Source of the DNA: a virus
Reading direction: 5' to 3' (one strand)
UHGV virus genome: UHGV-0038016
Length of the DNA: 64,000 nt
Made by a program: the position numbers and the translations under genes. Under the pieces are notes generated by a model, which saw only the letters and a list, made by a program, of their open reading frames with translations, had not been told where the DNA came from and did no database searches. Below are positions 37,029-47,651 of the stretch, piece after piece (within the stretch, counting starts at the first letter, position 1; each line of letters opens with the position of its first letter).

Positions 37029-39410
37029 TTAAAATTCATGTACCCTTACTAGTACAGCACGATTGGCATAGTTTTCGCCCTTCCAATTGTTATCATTACC
37101 TTTTATTTGCGTATTAGTAACATAGAGATATTTATGAGCAACAACGTCACCATAGGCCCCGAATAGCAAACGTACTCCGGCAGTGCTTGAAGTAGTTACC
37201 ATATCCTTCCCAATATAGGTCTGAATCATGTCGGCCCAAAATGAAGCACCATTAATATATTTACACCACATAAGCACCCAACCATTTCTACATTCAGACA
37301 AAGGCTTAGATGGTGTTATAGTTTGATTGCCTGCCATAAACCAACCACCTGACCATAGCATTGTGGCAGGATAATACATACGACCATTATCAGTAACTTT
37401 AAATATTGGAGTACCATCATGGTTAACATAGAATCCGTTATCTCTCATGTACATACGGTCGTAATCTTGACTTTGATTAGGAGAGTTAATATCTTTATCT
37501 GATTTGATGAAGTGTAGCCCTTCTCCATCATTGTTCATTGTATCATTCGAGAAGAAAATACCATTTAAACCAGATATATCACTATTATTCATTTGAATTC
37601 CCGTTTTACCTGTACTATGGTATTTTTCAGCTTCAATTTCTATAACACCAGACAATCCTCTTTCTTCACCTGTTGTTGGAAAATCTCCAAAAGAGACAGA
37701 TTTACGGTTTGGATCGATAAACATTAATGGTTTACCTTCCGTAATATTATATGATCTAGAATATGTTCCAGTTTTATCTGTAATGAATATTGTAACTGTC
37801 CAAGACTGAGAATTATCTAATGGTAATGTTTGTGCTGTAATACTTAATACATTCGCTGCTGTAGTAAAAGGAATATCTACCCTATCTGAACCACTTATTT
37901 GGTATTGTACAGATAAAATTTTATTTTTCCCATCAACAGGAGACCAAATAGAAGTACCTGAAACTAAAGTATCTGTTTCAAAACTATTATTTCTTCTTAC
38001 ATTAAAATTAATTACAGGCATATTATATGGAAGTACCGTAACTTCATAAGAAACACTTCCCTTTAATCCTCGACTATCAATAGCAGTAACAGTTAGGTTT
38101 CCTGTTGTTCCTGTAATAACACCAAAGTCTAAAACCATATTTCCTTCTGCATAATTAACCGTTTTTTTGATCCCTGCAAACGATGCCTCAACACTAGCTG
38201 GTTTACCATAATCTCTAGTTGTTATTATTGAACTAGGAACCGTTACCCTCAAAGTAGAATTTTTGTCTAAAAGTATTTTTTTGTTTCCTGTTATAGCAAT
38301 AGATACTTGATTTGTATCTTCATGAGAAAAACCTTCAGTTATTAAGGGTGAAGCTGTTTCTGTATTAACAATCGCACTTGCATATTTTTTTATACTATTT
38401 CTATATTGGGAACCACAAAGTTTAGAAACAATTTCTACTTCATAACCATTTTTTGTTGCTCCCGTAAATCTACTCAACATATTATTTACGTCTTCTTGGG
38501 TTAGCGTCCATCCTGTAGAACTTGTCGTTAAATTAGACCATGATTTACTCCAGCCAGCACATCTAAATGTTACATCATATTTAAACTTACTATCTGATTG
38601 GAAACTATCTAAACCAATATTAATTTTTTCACCTGAAGTTAAAGAAAAATCTTTAATATTAGGAGAAGCTGGTGCTGGATGAGCAATCTGGACTGTTCGT
38701 TGTTGACTAAGTCCGGACACGCCGTTCGTCCATAGTTTAACCTTTCCCAAAATATTTCCACCATCACCAGCAAATTGTTTTATTCTTTGAGCAATAGTTG
38801 ATAGCTGTCCATCTGTAAAATTAAATTTACCACTCGTTGCGACATTGCTTACATCTGCAAGCCACGTCCAATGACTATCATCAGATAGCGTAGGGTTAGC
38901 TCTATTTTGGACCCAAAAGCTTAGTCCATGTGTAAAATTTGATTGTCTGCTAATAGAAAAAGAACATCCATTAGGGACTGTAAATGTTGGTACTGGATTC
39001 AATGAACTATGTCTAGGTATTTTTGGTAAATCTGCATTAAAATTCCCAACAGATATTGTTCCGTAATAAACTCCTGCAAATGTAACATTTACAAAATAAC
39101 TTCCAGAAACAGTAGTCGTTTTTGAGCCGTCATTATTGTGTCCTACTCGATAATCTTTAGCTAATAATAATTTATTTTGACGCGCACTTAATTGAGAAGT
39201 TGCGTTTTCAGTTTGTTTTTGTCCATTAATTGTAACTTGTGCTTGACCTACGGCAGAAGCTGAAATAGCTCCATAGGCGTCCATAGATTGTAAATATAAA
39301 AAACCGGTGACAATTGTATAGTTACCAGCAATATCTTGTCGGTTTATCGACCATCTACAATTTAAATGATGTCGAGCAAAAGCAGTATATTTCTCTCCAC
39401 TTGTTGCCAT
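37029..39410 (-). CDS. Tail fibre / receptor-binding-like protein (793 aa)
   Basis: Large Ser/Thr/Asn/Gly-rich beta-type protein adjacent to the giant fibre gene. RBS GAAAAGGAGGAAATTTAATAATG. Confidence 0.5.
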   Translation of the reverse strand: MATSGEKYTAFARHHLNCRWSINRQDIAGNYTIVTGFLYLQSMDAYGAISASAVGQAQVTINGQKQTENATSQLSARQNKLLLAKDYRVGHNNDGSKTTTVSGSYFVNVTFAGVYYGTISVGNFNADLPKIPRHSSLNPVPTFTVPNGCSFSISRQSNFTHGLSFWVQNRANPTLSDDSHWTWLADVSNVATSGKFNFTDGQLSTIAQRIKQFAGDGGNILGKVKLWTNGVSGLSQQRTVQIAHPAPASPNIKDFSLTSGEKINIGLDSFQSDSKFKYDVTFRCAGWSKSWSNLTTSSTGWTLTQEDVNNMLSRFTGATKNGYEVEIVSKLCGSQYRNSIKKYASAIVNTETASPLITEGFSHEDTNQVSIAITGNKKILLDKNSTLRVTVPSSIITTRDYGKPASVEASFAGIKKTVNYAEGNMVLDFGVITGTTGNLTVTAIDSRGLKGSVSYEVTVLPYNMPVINFNVRRNNSFETDTLVSGTSIWSPVDGKNKILSVQYQISGSDRVDIPFTTAANVLSITAQTLPLDNSQSWTVTIFITDKTGTYSRSYNITEGKPLMFIDPNRKSVSFGDFPTTGEERGLSGVIEIEAEKYHSTGKTGIQMNNSDISGLNGIFFSNDTMNNDGEGLHFIKSDKDINSPNQSQDYDRMYMRDNGFYVNHDGTPIFKVTDNGRMYYPATMLWSGGWFMAGNQTITPSKPLSECRNGWVLMWCKYINGASFWADMIQTYIGKDMVTTSSTAGVRLLFGAYGDVVAHKYLYVTNTQIKGNDNNWKGENYANRAVLVRVHEF

Positions 39411-39452
39411 TATTAAATTTCCTCCTTTTCCTCTTCTCTCTTGGGAAATAAG

Positions 39453-39488
39453 AAATGGTCACTCCCAAATAATTAGGAATGACCATTT
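39453..39488 (-). terminator. Hairpin terminator after the 2297-aa gene (AAATGGTCAcTCC / GGAaTGACCATTT)
   Basis: Stem of 9 + 3 bp with one mismatch. U-rich sequence lies on both sides. Confidence 0.5.
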
Positions 39489-39492
39489 ATTT

Positions 39493-42400
39493 TTAGTCAG
39501 TATCTTCACCATTGTATCCAACAAAGGCCCAGCCCTTAATAGTTGGAGAATCAACCGATACAATTTGTACTGGTTTCATCATAAATCTTTCTTGCGCTTC
39601 TAATTTTTTAACTTTCGTTGTATCTTTATTTAAAGTAAATACTCTTTCATAAACTTCCCCATTACGATAATAACCTGCAAATTCTCTAGGAGTCATAACA
39701 TTATATCCATCGTAATCAGAATTAAATACTTTCAAGCCACTACTATCAATTCGGACATTTGTAGAATATACTTCTTCGTGATGAGATTGCCAAGAGAGAG
39801 GATATGGACCAATGTTAATCATTAATCCTGCTGCGGATAATGTTGCATCTGCGCTTCCTTCTCCTTCTAAACCAATTCTAATAGTAACTGCACTTGTGTT
39901 AGTTACTGAAAAAGTAACAGACATTCGTTGGTATCCAATAGTATCAGCAGAGGCTTCTGAAACAGCTATTTCTTCTCCAGTTTTTGTATTTAATACTTTT
40001 ACATAATATTTACTCTTCCCTGACTGATTAATTTTATTAGCGTACCAGCTTAGAGTATATTCTGTATTTGGATTAGGTAGAAGAATATCTTGGTCTAGTT
40101 TATATCTTAAACCTTTTAATTCAAAACCAGCAATTAAACCAAGTTCTTCTAGTGATTCATCACCTAAAATTTGTCTAATTTGGGCATTGGCTGAATCATT
40201 TTTATGCCAGAAATCAAACATCCCAGAATATAAAACTACACTAGGTTTTCTAAAATCAAAATAGTCAGTAACAGTTGTAGAACTATTATACAAACATACC
40301 TTCATAAAAGCGGCTCCAGATGGTATTGTTACATTAACAGAATAATTACTCCAAATATCTTGGACTATATTATTTGTTTTTACAGTGTAAGAATCTGTTT
40401 CAAATATGGAACCAGCATTGTGCTTTTTGTCTGTAAATAGATAGATAAAACCTTGTCCATCTCCTATTGTATCCGCTTCAGAATTAGCTGATGGATCGCT
40501 TGCTGCCCCATAGAATCTAATAGAAACATAAATATGTTGAGTATCTCCAATAGTGTTAGGGATACGAGCCTGTCCAGAAATATTAATCAATTGACCTGGA
40601 GTAACAGGAATATTTTTACTATAACTATATTTGGTTCTTGAATTAGTTCCACCAATACGCATAATATTATATTCTGGAAAGTCATTTTCTGCTCCTATTA
40701 TTTGACCCATTCCTGTATCATTATACACCCAACCATTATCATTTAATCCAGTAGTTGAGATTGTTCCTTCAAATTTAGGATTTGTTAACATTTCATCGCT
40801 AGGCGCTGTATCTTCCCATTGGAAACCTGTTGAATTTCTAATTAAGTTAACCCCACCAGCTTTATCAATACCAAAATTGAATTTATTCATTTCTTGTTCA
40901 AATTCTGATTTGTTTACATATGTTGTATCAATTCCAGCAAAAGCTTCTTGCATCTGCTTATTATATTCTTCTATTTTATCTGATAATTCATGGTTGGCAC
41001 TACTTAGTTCATCGACCGCATCAGTTTTAGCATACACTTTCGACATATCTTCTGAACCAACTACTGTTTGAACAATAGAATCATCCGAAGTTTTTTGGGT
41101 AATTTGATAAATCCAGTCAATAATTGTAGAACCGTCTTCATTATTTAACCATGGAAGCATTTCTAAATCAGAAGCACTTAGAACAACCCATCCCCATTCG
41201 TAAGTTGTTTCTATTTTTTCTTGTGCAATACCTTTGGCACCGTTAACGTCTTCGCTACCATTTTCTGTAGTGATTGACTTCCAATTATAAGAACTAGGAG
41301 TGGTTGGATCTGGTGCTGTATCAGTTACACAATATCCAATATACATAGGTTTTTGACTACTATTATAAGTAACACTAAACCCTGGATCTGGTGTGACACC
41401 ATCTTCTTGATATCCAGTTGGTGTATTTGCATAAGCATAATGCGCATATTCAGTTCCAATTACACTTTCAATTGCTGATTTACCCCAACGATAAACTAAA
41501 CTTGGATTAGTTTTATCTAGAGGATCTCCACTACCACTAGAAGTATCTAACCATAATAATCCAGGATAAGGATTAAGTGGAGCAGTTGGTTGTCGTAAAA
41601 TTAACGGTTTTGTTGCATCGAAGCTTTTATTGTTTACAGTCATATAATCAAAAGCTGCCATAGAATTATATTCTACTTGAGCTTTAAAACTAATTGAATT
41701 AGCCTCTAAGAATACTACTGGTTCAACAACAATATATTTTTTATTTAAGGTAATTCCATTTCCAGCAGTAATTACTGTCCATTCCACCGAAGAATCTTTT
41801 GACATATACCATGTTACTTTATCTGGTTCTACTATATCTCCATCAGATTGTGTTTCTACATTAATTTGAATTGGAGATTGCTCAATGTTTGTTCCACCAT
41901 TAGAATAAACTTTAGCTACAAGTCCGCCACTCCCTTTGATTCTACTCCAAGTATAATCACCATAGGCGCTTGGTGCAGTTGAAGTTTGTGTAATAGCAAT
42001 ACCAATGTATTTAGTTTTGCTATTAGGTGTTGTAGTCATTGGATTACCATTGGCGTTTTCTGAATAACGAATCCATGTATAACTACTTGAACCATTAGAA
42101 CCATTCGAACCATCTTTGACAATATTAATACTCTTTTGATCTAATTGTACATTTTTAGCTCCAGCAACATACATCTTAACTCGTGCAGACAAAACGTTTA
42201 ATGAAGAAGGAGTATAGGTATAGGTTAATGCGTCTGCATCATACTTAGTAGTCCATGTAGTTCCATTAGTAGTTTCTTCTACAACAATACGAGATTTGAT
42301 GTTCTCAATAGATTTGTCCCCTGTTTGAGCCATACCAGAAATAGTAATATTTTCAGGAACTAGTTTACTTGCTCCTCTTGGTAATGACATTACTTGGCTG

Positions 42401-45400
42401 CTTAATAATAATGAATAAGCTGTAGAATCATTACCCTTGATCTGGCTCCAAGCATATTGAGTTGGATCATGAGGTTGTTCGCTTTCTCCTCCAACATAAA
42501 CACCCATATATTTATATGAATCAATGTTAGGAGTTCTTGTATCTCCTTTTTCTAGTTTTATCCAATCTATGGTAACTGCCCCAATTGTAGATTGTGGCAC
42601 CTGATAGATACTTAATACATCAGTTACGCCAGTATCCATAATAGCCTGTGTGACTTTAAATGTGAGTTGCCAAACGTCAGACAAACCTTCTACAGGTTTC
42701 ATATTACCAACACCCATTGCTCCGCCTAACAAATAAACACCGAATTGTTGTGTAGCTGGTTTAGTTGCCTTCATGGTAATTGTATATGTTTGATTCAATT
42801 GATACTTTTCAATATTTTTACCTAGGTATATATTATATGAACTGGTACTATAAGGAAATACTTTTTTAGGATCAGTAATATTCTCACCTAAAGCCACCTT
42901 ACTCAAATAATACGGTGCATCTAGTAGATTTGGCTGGTATGGGGTGGCTTTATCCCCTTTTTCGATTTTGATAGTATATCTAATGTTTAATTTACCTTTA
43001 AACTCTGTATTAGAAAGATTCGCTTGAAGCCATACAGACTTACAGTTATTAATTAAATCAGGTATAATATGATTCCCATCCATTGTTGTTAATGTATACC
43101 ATTTATTGGCTACAGGATTAGTAACGTCTCCAATTAGTACACCTTGTGCAACTGGAGCTGGGCTTCCATCTGGCTTATTGATACGATAACTCATACGGAT
43201 TCTTCCTGTCCATGTAGTATCAGTACTTACTTCTGCAGACAGAGTATAGTTTTGATTAGCTTCAAGTAAAGGAAGTGGATGACTAAAACCAGCATATACA
43301 TTCATATCACCACTATGTTTACTAAAATCAAAGCTTACATATTCGCTATTTACATCAGCCTTCGTAATACCTGCGCCCATTAAATCCCAATCATCTAATG
43401 AGAGCGGTCTCATAAAATTATAGTTCCCACTATAATCATAATTTCCAAAATCTTTTGAATTAGAATACTTTGTATAAGTATATGTTTCTTTCCCTGCTTT
43501 AGATTTAGCCACACTTAATATTTTTTCAATCTTAATATTTTTATAAGTAGCTTCAAAGACTGCTATAGCAGAATCTTTGCTCATTTCAGTCATATTATAT
43601 ACTCCAGTAGAAGCATTAATATTAAAGGTTCCTCCTGACTTATTCTTTAATGTATAAACAACGTTTCTACCAGTAACATCTGATAATCCATCAAATACCT
43701 TAAACGTTCCTGAAGCCTCTGAGAAGCTCTCAACAATACCATTTTTATCAGCAGGTAATGTTACAGATTCATTTGTTAATAATCCAGTTATTGAATCAGC
43801 ACCATCTTTACCTTCTTTAACAGAAATAATTGTTTGCTTATCAATAAATGATTCAAATGTAGCAGTAACTACTAAAGAAGTCCAATTTTTATCCCAAGAG
43901 GAAGTAGAAAATGTTCTTATGTTTCCTGTCCCACCCAATGTTATTGCTGTTTGCGGTCTTGCTCCAATATATGGAGTGGCACTAAAAGTAGCAGTTCCTG
44001 TCATATTTTGCATATTAGCTTGAAGAGTTATAGTATCTGACTGAATAGAAGAATCTTGATTAATTTTAACAGTATTTGAAGAAGTTGATAAAATTAATGT
44101 TTTTGCAGATTCACCGTCAGAGCCCATAGAACGTGCCCAAGCGTAGTTCTTAGGGTTGTCGCTACCTTCCACATTGAAGTCAGAGTATGTTCCGGTGTAT
44201 GACGGATAAGCATTATCATAGTCTTCTTTTGGGGACGGGGTATCAATAGTTACTTTATTACCCAACTCGAATTTAACATTTTTAACGGAGGGTATCCGCC
44301 CAGTATCATAAGTACCATAAAAAGCTAACATAGCTTGTTTCATTTCCATATTTGAAGCTTTAGGTTTAAATGTGTGTGAATATCTTTTATATTCAGTAGT
44401 AGCTTGAATAGTATTTGATCCTATATCATACCTAGTACCTGAACCGTTTTGAGAGTAAACGTTAATTCCACCAGCCACTTTTGACTTCAAATCAAACGAT
44501 ACCGAGTATTCCCTATCCAATCCATATTTATCGATAATCGGAGCCATATCCCAATCAGGACTGTTAACAAATTCTCGACTTCCAGTACGTTCTGCCCTAG
44601 ACTTTACAAACAAGTTCTCATTAGGGTAATCCTTAGTAAACCTGTCAGTACCATCAGCGGACCAAGCATAAGCAGTGTGTACGTGAGAAGTTTCCCCATC
44701 ATTCCCTCGTATCAGACTCCAAGTATAATCGGATGGATTAGTACTGTTATCTTGCGTAAAGTCTGTGTACTGACCGATGTAGATAGGCCAGTCAGCAGTT
44801 GTGACTTCGCTATCTGAGGGCATATATGGAGTAGAGGTTGAGCTTAGTTCGTACTTATGACCGGCAGTCCATAAAATTGAATCCGTTCCAGTGCCTGATA
44901 TTTCGTATCTAATCCATACCTCATCATTAGCTTTTAAATTTAAAGTTACACTATCTCTAGTCCAGTCAAAGTTATTGCCTATTTTCTGTTGTATTGTGGC
45001 TTGAGATGATGCAGCATTTACTCCACCATATCTATACACATTTGCGGAATTTCCTGAACTTTTTATATAAGCTGAAAATGTGTAAACACCATCTTTAGGT
45101 GCAGTAAATGTTTTATAAATACCGTTCCATGACCAGGTTCGTTTTTTAACAGTTAAGCCTTTATATGTTCCATCAGTCACCCAATCGCTTGAATTTTTCC
45201 AAGTACCGCTAAAATCTTTAGTCCCATCCAATAAATTTAGATTCGGATAAACAGTCGTGAAACCGTCTACGCCATCAGCACTATTTGCATAAGCAATATG
45301 TGTATATTGCGTTTCTCCGGTATCGCCTTTGATAAGATTCCAAGAATACTTAGCTGGATTTGATGAGTCTGCTTGAACGAAGTCAGTATAGTTTCCTAGA

Positions 45401-46386
45401 TACTTATAATCATCAATATTGGGAGTTCGGGCGTTGCCTTTTTCAATTTTTAACCATTTTATGGTACATGAACCTAAAGGAGTATTTGGCGTTTGAGAAA
45501 GATATACCCATTTTGCGTTTTCCCCTAGCTGAGTTATTGTCACAGTGGTAACCCATGTATCAGCCAATCCTTCAACTGGTTTAAAGATACCGAATTGTTT
45601 TTGAGCCAAATAAACTCGAATAGCTTGTGAGGCAGGTTTAGTCGCTCCTATCGTCACAGTATAAGTTTCACCTAAAACAAAATCCTCTGATGCATTTTTT
45701 GCATAGATTGCCTCGCTACTAGTTGTGATTGGAAATTCAACCGTTGGGTCAGCAATATTCTCTCCCAGTGGAATAGTGTTAAAGTACCATGGATCACCTT
45801 TAATATTAGGCTGATATGGAGTGGCTGTTGAACCTTCTTCAATTTTGATATTTCTTACCCTAACTTTACCAGACGGCTTAAGGTTCCGAATATCCCTAAA
45901 TAATGGATACCATTCACCTGGTAAGCTAGAACCGTATGTTACCGTTCGTGTTCCAATAAGCTTCTGCCATTTATTCAATTCATTTTTAGGAACTGTATCT
46001 GTCTGCAAAGCAGTAATACCACCAGGCAAGTATGCGTGTAGTAGTTTTATTCCAGATGGGTCACCTGTGAAACCCGTTTCTAACATGATTTCACAGCTAA
46101 TTGTGTATTGTTTTCCTTCTACTAGAGGTGTTTGTGCTCCGAGAGTATACTTCGATAGTTGATTTGTGCCATCTAAGGTGAACACAATTTCATCATTATC
46201 ATCCGCGACTGTTGCGCCAGTACCTGAAGAAAAACTTGAAGCATTAAGTTTAGCGCTAAGGTTAGGATTCCCACTATAATCATAAGTACCGAAGTCAGTG
46301 CTGTTAGTATAAGCTGTATGAAAATATGAAGTTCTACCATCATCAACGTTCGTTATAGTGATTTCACCACGTGAAACTGTAGTCAT
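39493..46386 (-). CDS. Giant tail fibre / host-specificity protein (2297 aa) with an internal module duplication and a recurring aromatic-DG repeat motif
   Basis: aa ~15-380 and ~965-1330 are clearly paralogous (e.g. TSYFHTAYTNSTDFGTYDYSGNPN vs ETYTYTKYSNSKDFGNYDYSGNYN; KIEEGSTATPYQPNIKGDPWYFNTIPLGENIADP vs KIEKGDKATPYQPNLLDAPYYLSKVALGENITDP). The repeated motifs YSWNLIKGDTGE...HIAYANSADG, YTWSLIRGNDGE...HTAYAWSADG and YAWSQIKGND recur. Confidence 0.6.
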   Translation of the reverse strand: MTTVSRGEITITNVDDGRTSYFHTAYTNSTDFGTYDYSGNPNLSAKLNASSFSSGTGATVADDNDEIVFTLDGTNQLSKYTLGAQTPLVEGKQYTISCEIMLETGFTGDPSGIKLLHAYLPGGITALQTDTVPKNELNKWQKLIGTRTVTYGSSLPGEWYPLFRDIRNLKPSGKVRVRNIKIEEGSTATPYQPNIKGDPWYFNTIPLGENIADPTVEFPITTSSEAIYAKNASEDFVLGETYTVTIGATKPASQAIRVYLAQKQFGIFKPVEGLADTWVTTVTITQLGENAKWVYLSQTPNTPLGSCTIKWLKIEKGNARTPNIDDYKYLGNYTDFVQADSSNPAKYSWNLIKGDTGETQYTHIAYANSADGVDGFTTVYPNLNLLDGTKDFSGTWKNSSDWVTDGTYKGLTVKKRTWSWNGIYKTFTAPKDGVYTFSAYIKSSGNSANVYRYGGVNAASSQATIQQKIGNNFDWTRDSVTLNLKANDEVWIRYEISGTGTDSILWTAGHKYELSSTSTPYMPSDSEVTTADWPIYIGQYTDFTQDNSTNPSDYTWSLIRGNDGETSHVHTAYAWSADGTDRFTKDYPNENLFVKSRAERTGSREFVNSPDWDMAPIIDKYGLDREYSVSFDLKSKVAGGINVYSQNGSGTRYDIGSNTIQATTEYKRYSHTFKPKASNMEMKQAMLAFYGTYDTGRIPSVKNVKFELGNKVTIDTPSPKEDYDNAYPSYTGTYSDFNVEGSDNPKNYAWARSMGSDGESAKTLILSTSSNTVKINQDSSIQSDTITLQANMQNMTGTATFSATPYIGARPQTAITLGGTGNIRTFSTSSWDKNWTSLVVTATFESFIDKQTIISVKEGKDGADSITGLLTNESVTLPADKNGIVESFSEASGTFKVFDGLSDVTGRNVVYTLKNKSGGTFNINASTGVYNMTEMSKDSAIAVFEATYKNIKIEKILSVAKSKAGKETYTYTKYSNSKDFGNYDYSGNYNFMRPLSLDDWDLMGAGITKADVNSEYVSFDFSKHSGDMNVYAGFSHPLPLLEANQNYTLSAEVSTDTTWTGRIRMSYRINKPDGSPAPVAQGVLIGDVTNPVANKWYTLTTMDGNHIIPDLINNCKSVWLQANLSNTEFKGKLNIRYTIKIEKGDKATPYQPNLLDAPYYLSKVALGENITDPKKVFPYSTSSYNIYLGKNIEKYQLNQTYTITMKATKPATQQFGVYLLGGAMGVGNMKPVEGLSDVWQLTFKVTQAIMDTGVTDVLSIYQVPQSTIGAVTIDWIKLEKGDTRTPNIDSYKYMGVYVGGESEQPHDPTQYAWSQIKGNDSTAYSLLLSSQVMSLPRGASKLVPENITISGMAQTGDKSIENIKSRIVVEETTNGTTWTTKYDADALTYTYTPSSLNVLSARVKMYVAGAKNVQLDQKSINIVKDGSNGSNGSSSYTWIRYSENANGNPMTTTPNSKTKYIGIAITQTSTAPSAYGDYTWSRIKGSGGLVAKVYSNGGTNIEQSPIQINVETQSDGDIVEPDKVTWYMSKDSSVEWTVITAGNGITLNKKYIVVEPVVFLEANSISFKAQVEYNSMAAFDYMTVNNKSFDATKPLILRQPTAPLNPYPGLLWLDTSSGSGDPLDKTNPSLVYRWGKSAIESVIGTEYAHYAYANTPTGYQEDGVTPDPGFSVTYNSSQKPMYIGYCVTDTAPDPTTPSSYNWKSITTENGSEDVNGAKGIAQEKIETTYEWGWVVLSASDLEMLPWLNNEDGSTIIDWIYQITQKTSDDSIVQTVVGSEDMSKVYAKTDAVDELSSANHELSDKIEEYNKQMQEAFAGIDTTYVNKSEFEQEMNKFNFGIDKAGGVNLIRNSTGFQWEDTAPSDEMLTNPKFEGTISTTGLNDNGWVYNDTGMGQIIGAENDFPEYNIMRIGGTNSRTKYSYSKNIPVTPGQLINISGQARIPNTIGDTQHIYVSIRFYGAASDPSANSEADTIGDGQGFIYLFTDKKHNAGSIFETDSYTVKTNNIVQDIWSNYSVNVTIPSGAAFMKVCLYNSSTTVTDYFDFRKPSVVLYSGMFDFWHKNDSANAQIRQILGDESLEELGLIAGFELKGLRYKLDQDILLPNPNTEYTLSWYANKINQSGKSKYYVKVLNTKTGEEIAVSEASADTIGYQRMSVTFSVTNTSAVTIRIGLEGEGSADATLSAAGLMINIGPYPLSWQSHHEEVYSTNVRIDSSGLKVFNSDYDGYNVMTPREFAGYYRNGEVYERVFTLNKDTTKVKKLEAQERFMMKPVQIVSVDSPTIKGWAFVGYNGEDTD

Positions 46387-46539
46387 CTAATCACCCTCTT
46401 CTTTAATTTCCTCAAAGGATTCGATATAAGTATCCATACCATATTTAGTCCATAAATATTCGATAGGATTTCCATCTGTACTAAATTCAATTTTTGTCCG
46501 TTCATTATTTAAAATGATATAAGCAATATAGTTCGTCAT
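46387..46539 (-). CDS. Small protein (50 aa), translationally coupled between two tail genes
   Basis: Its ATG overlaps the upstream TGA (ATGA), and its TAG stop abuts the ATG of the 2297-aa gene. A GGAGGTAGAAAACAAATG RBS is present. Under the ORF-track cutoff. Confidence 0.4.
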   Translation of the reverse strand: MTNYIAYIILNNERTKIEFSTDGNPIEYLWTKYGMDTYIESFEEIKEEGD

Positions 46540-47651
46540 TTGTTTTCTACCTCCACTTTGAATGTTGTTGTATTATCTACATCAGCACTTCCAACTGACA
46601 GCGATTTTCCAGTTTTATAAGCATTGCTTGTGCCGCCGAAGTTTGATACCATTGCGTTATTTTGCCACTTAGACCATTTATAGGTATATCCTGTACCGCC
46701 CGAATCGATTTCTTCTCCATTTTGGTACAATCGTGCTTTCAAAGTAGTAGATCCTACGCCATTCTTCAAAATGTTCCCTCCGGAGGACTCAATAACTACC
46801 ATAATTGGATCGTCCATGTCCATTAAAGTTACATACTGCTTCATTTTAGTTCCAGAAGTTCCTCCAGCATTATCTGTGACAACACACAAGAATGTTTGTC
46901 CATTTGTTACTGCATCTGGGTAGACCGTTAAAACTCCTTGAGCTGTAACTGCAACATCAAATCCCGAACTTGCAACAGCCCCTGATGTTCCTGTGGTTGC
47001 TGTAATTTTTCTCCAACCAACTCCAGCGTCAGGATCTTGAGATGTTGAAACGCTTGAATCTGCTGCGAACCATTTATATTTTCGAGAGCCATTGCTTAAA
47101 TCCCCATCCTTATAAACATCAGCAGTTAACTTCAGACTAGAAGGCGTATTATTTCGGAAGTAATTTCCATTAGGCGTACTCAAAACTGCTACTACTGCAG
47201 CTTTAGCTAGTTGAATAAGATTAATGTCGATAGTCGCTTGAAAAGTAATTGGTAGCGAAGTATCTGGGTCTGTATATATTCCCTCAACCGTCCAACGTAC
47301 AGCACTATTTGTTGTTGGGACGTTTACTTTTGTTGTCAACACACTGTTTGATGTGCCGCCCTTATACTCACTATCAGTATTTGTTGTAGAAGTTATTTCA
47401 GTAGTTGTTGCCCCTACTGTCTTTTTCCATTTAACATCTGATACAGCGGAGCCAATTAAGCTTCCTGTTCCACCTGCTTTTGTTAAGTTAAGTGTTAAAA
47501 CTTGTGCAGAGGACCCAAAATTGGGTGAATATGTGTTAGTTGTATTGTTGTATGTTTGAGTTGTTGTTTGACTTGCTGAAATCCATGCATTTAATGCAGG
47601 AGCATCATACAAATCAATAATTGTAATTTGACCGCTTGAAATTGTTGCCAT
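46536..47651 (-). CDS. Tail-tip protein with Ig/BppU-like beta repeats (371 aa)
   Basis: Thr/Ser/Gly-rich. Shares the KWFAADSSV...DAGVGWRKI motif with the C-terminus of the 661-aa protein (KWFYADESV...DGGVGWSLI). Confidence 0.5.
   Translation of the reverse strand: MATISSGQITIIDLYDAPALNAWISASQTTTQTYNNTTNTYSPNFGSSAQVLTLNLTKAGGTGSLIGSAVSDVKWKKTVGATTTEITSTTNTDSEYKGGTSNSVLTTKVNVPTTNSAVRWTVEGIYTDPDTSLPITFQATIDINLIQLAKAAVVAVLSTPNGNYFRNNTPSSLKLTADVYKDGDLSNGSRKYKWFAADSSVSTSQDPDAGVGWRKITATTGTSGAVASSGFDVAVTAQGVLTVYPDAVTNGQTFLCVVTDNAGGTSGTKMKQYVTLMDMDDPIMVVIESSGGNILKNGVGSTTLKARLYQNGEEIDSGGTGYTYKWSKWQNNAMVSNFGGTSNAYKTGKSLSVGSADVDNTTTFKVEVENK

Noticed and set aside
45821-46162. Plus-strand ORFs inside the giant fibre gene (several in the track, e.g. 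113 aa here, 64 aa at 39812)
   Set aside because: Antisense to a long, well-supported coding region, with no translation signals.
39493-46386. Diversity-generating retroelement (template/variable repeat) targeting the giant fibre gene
   Set aside because: No reverse transcriptase gene in the window. The internal repeats are diverged protein-level paralogs, not near-identical nucleotide repeats with adenine-specific differences.
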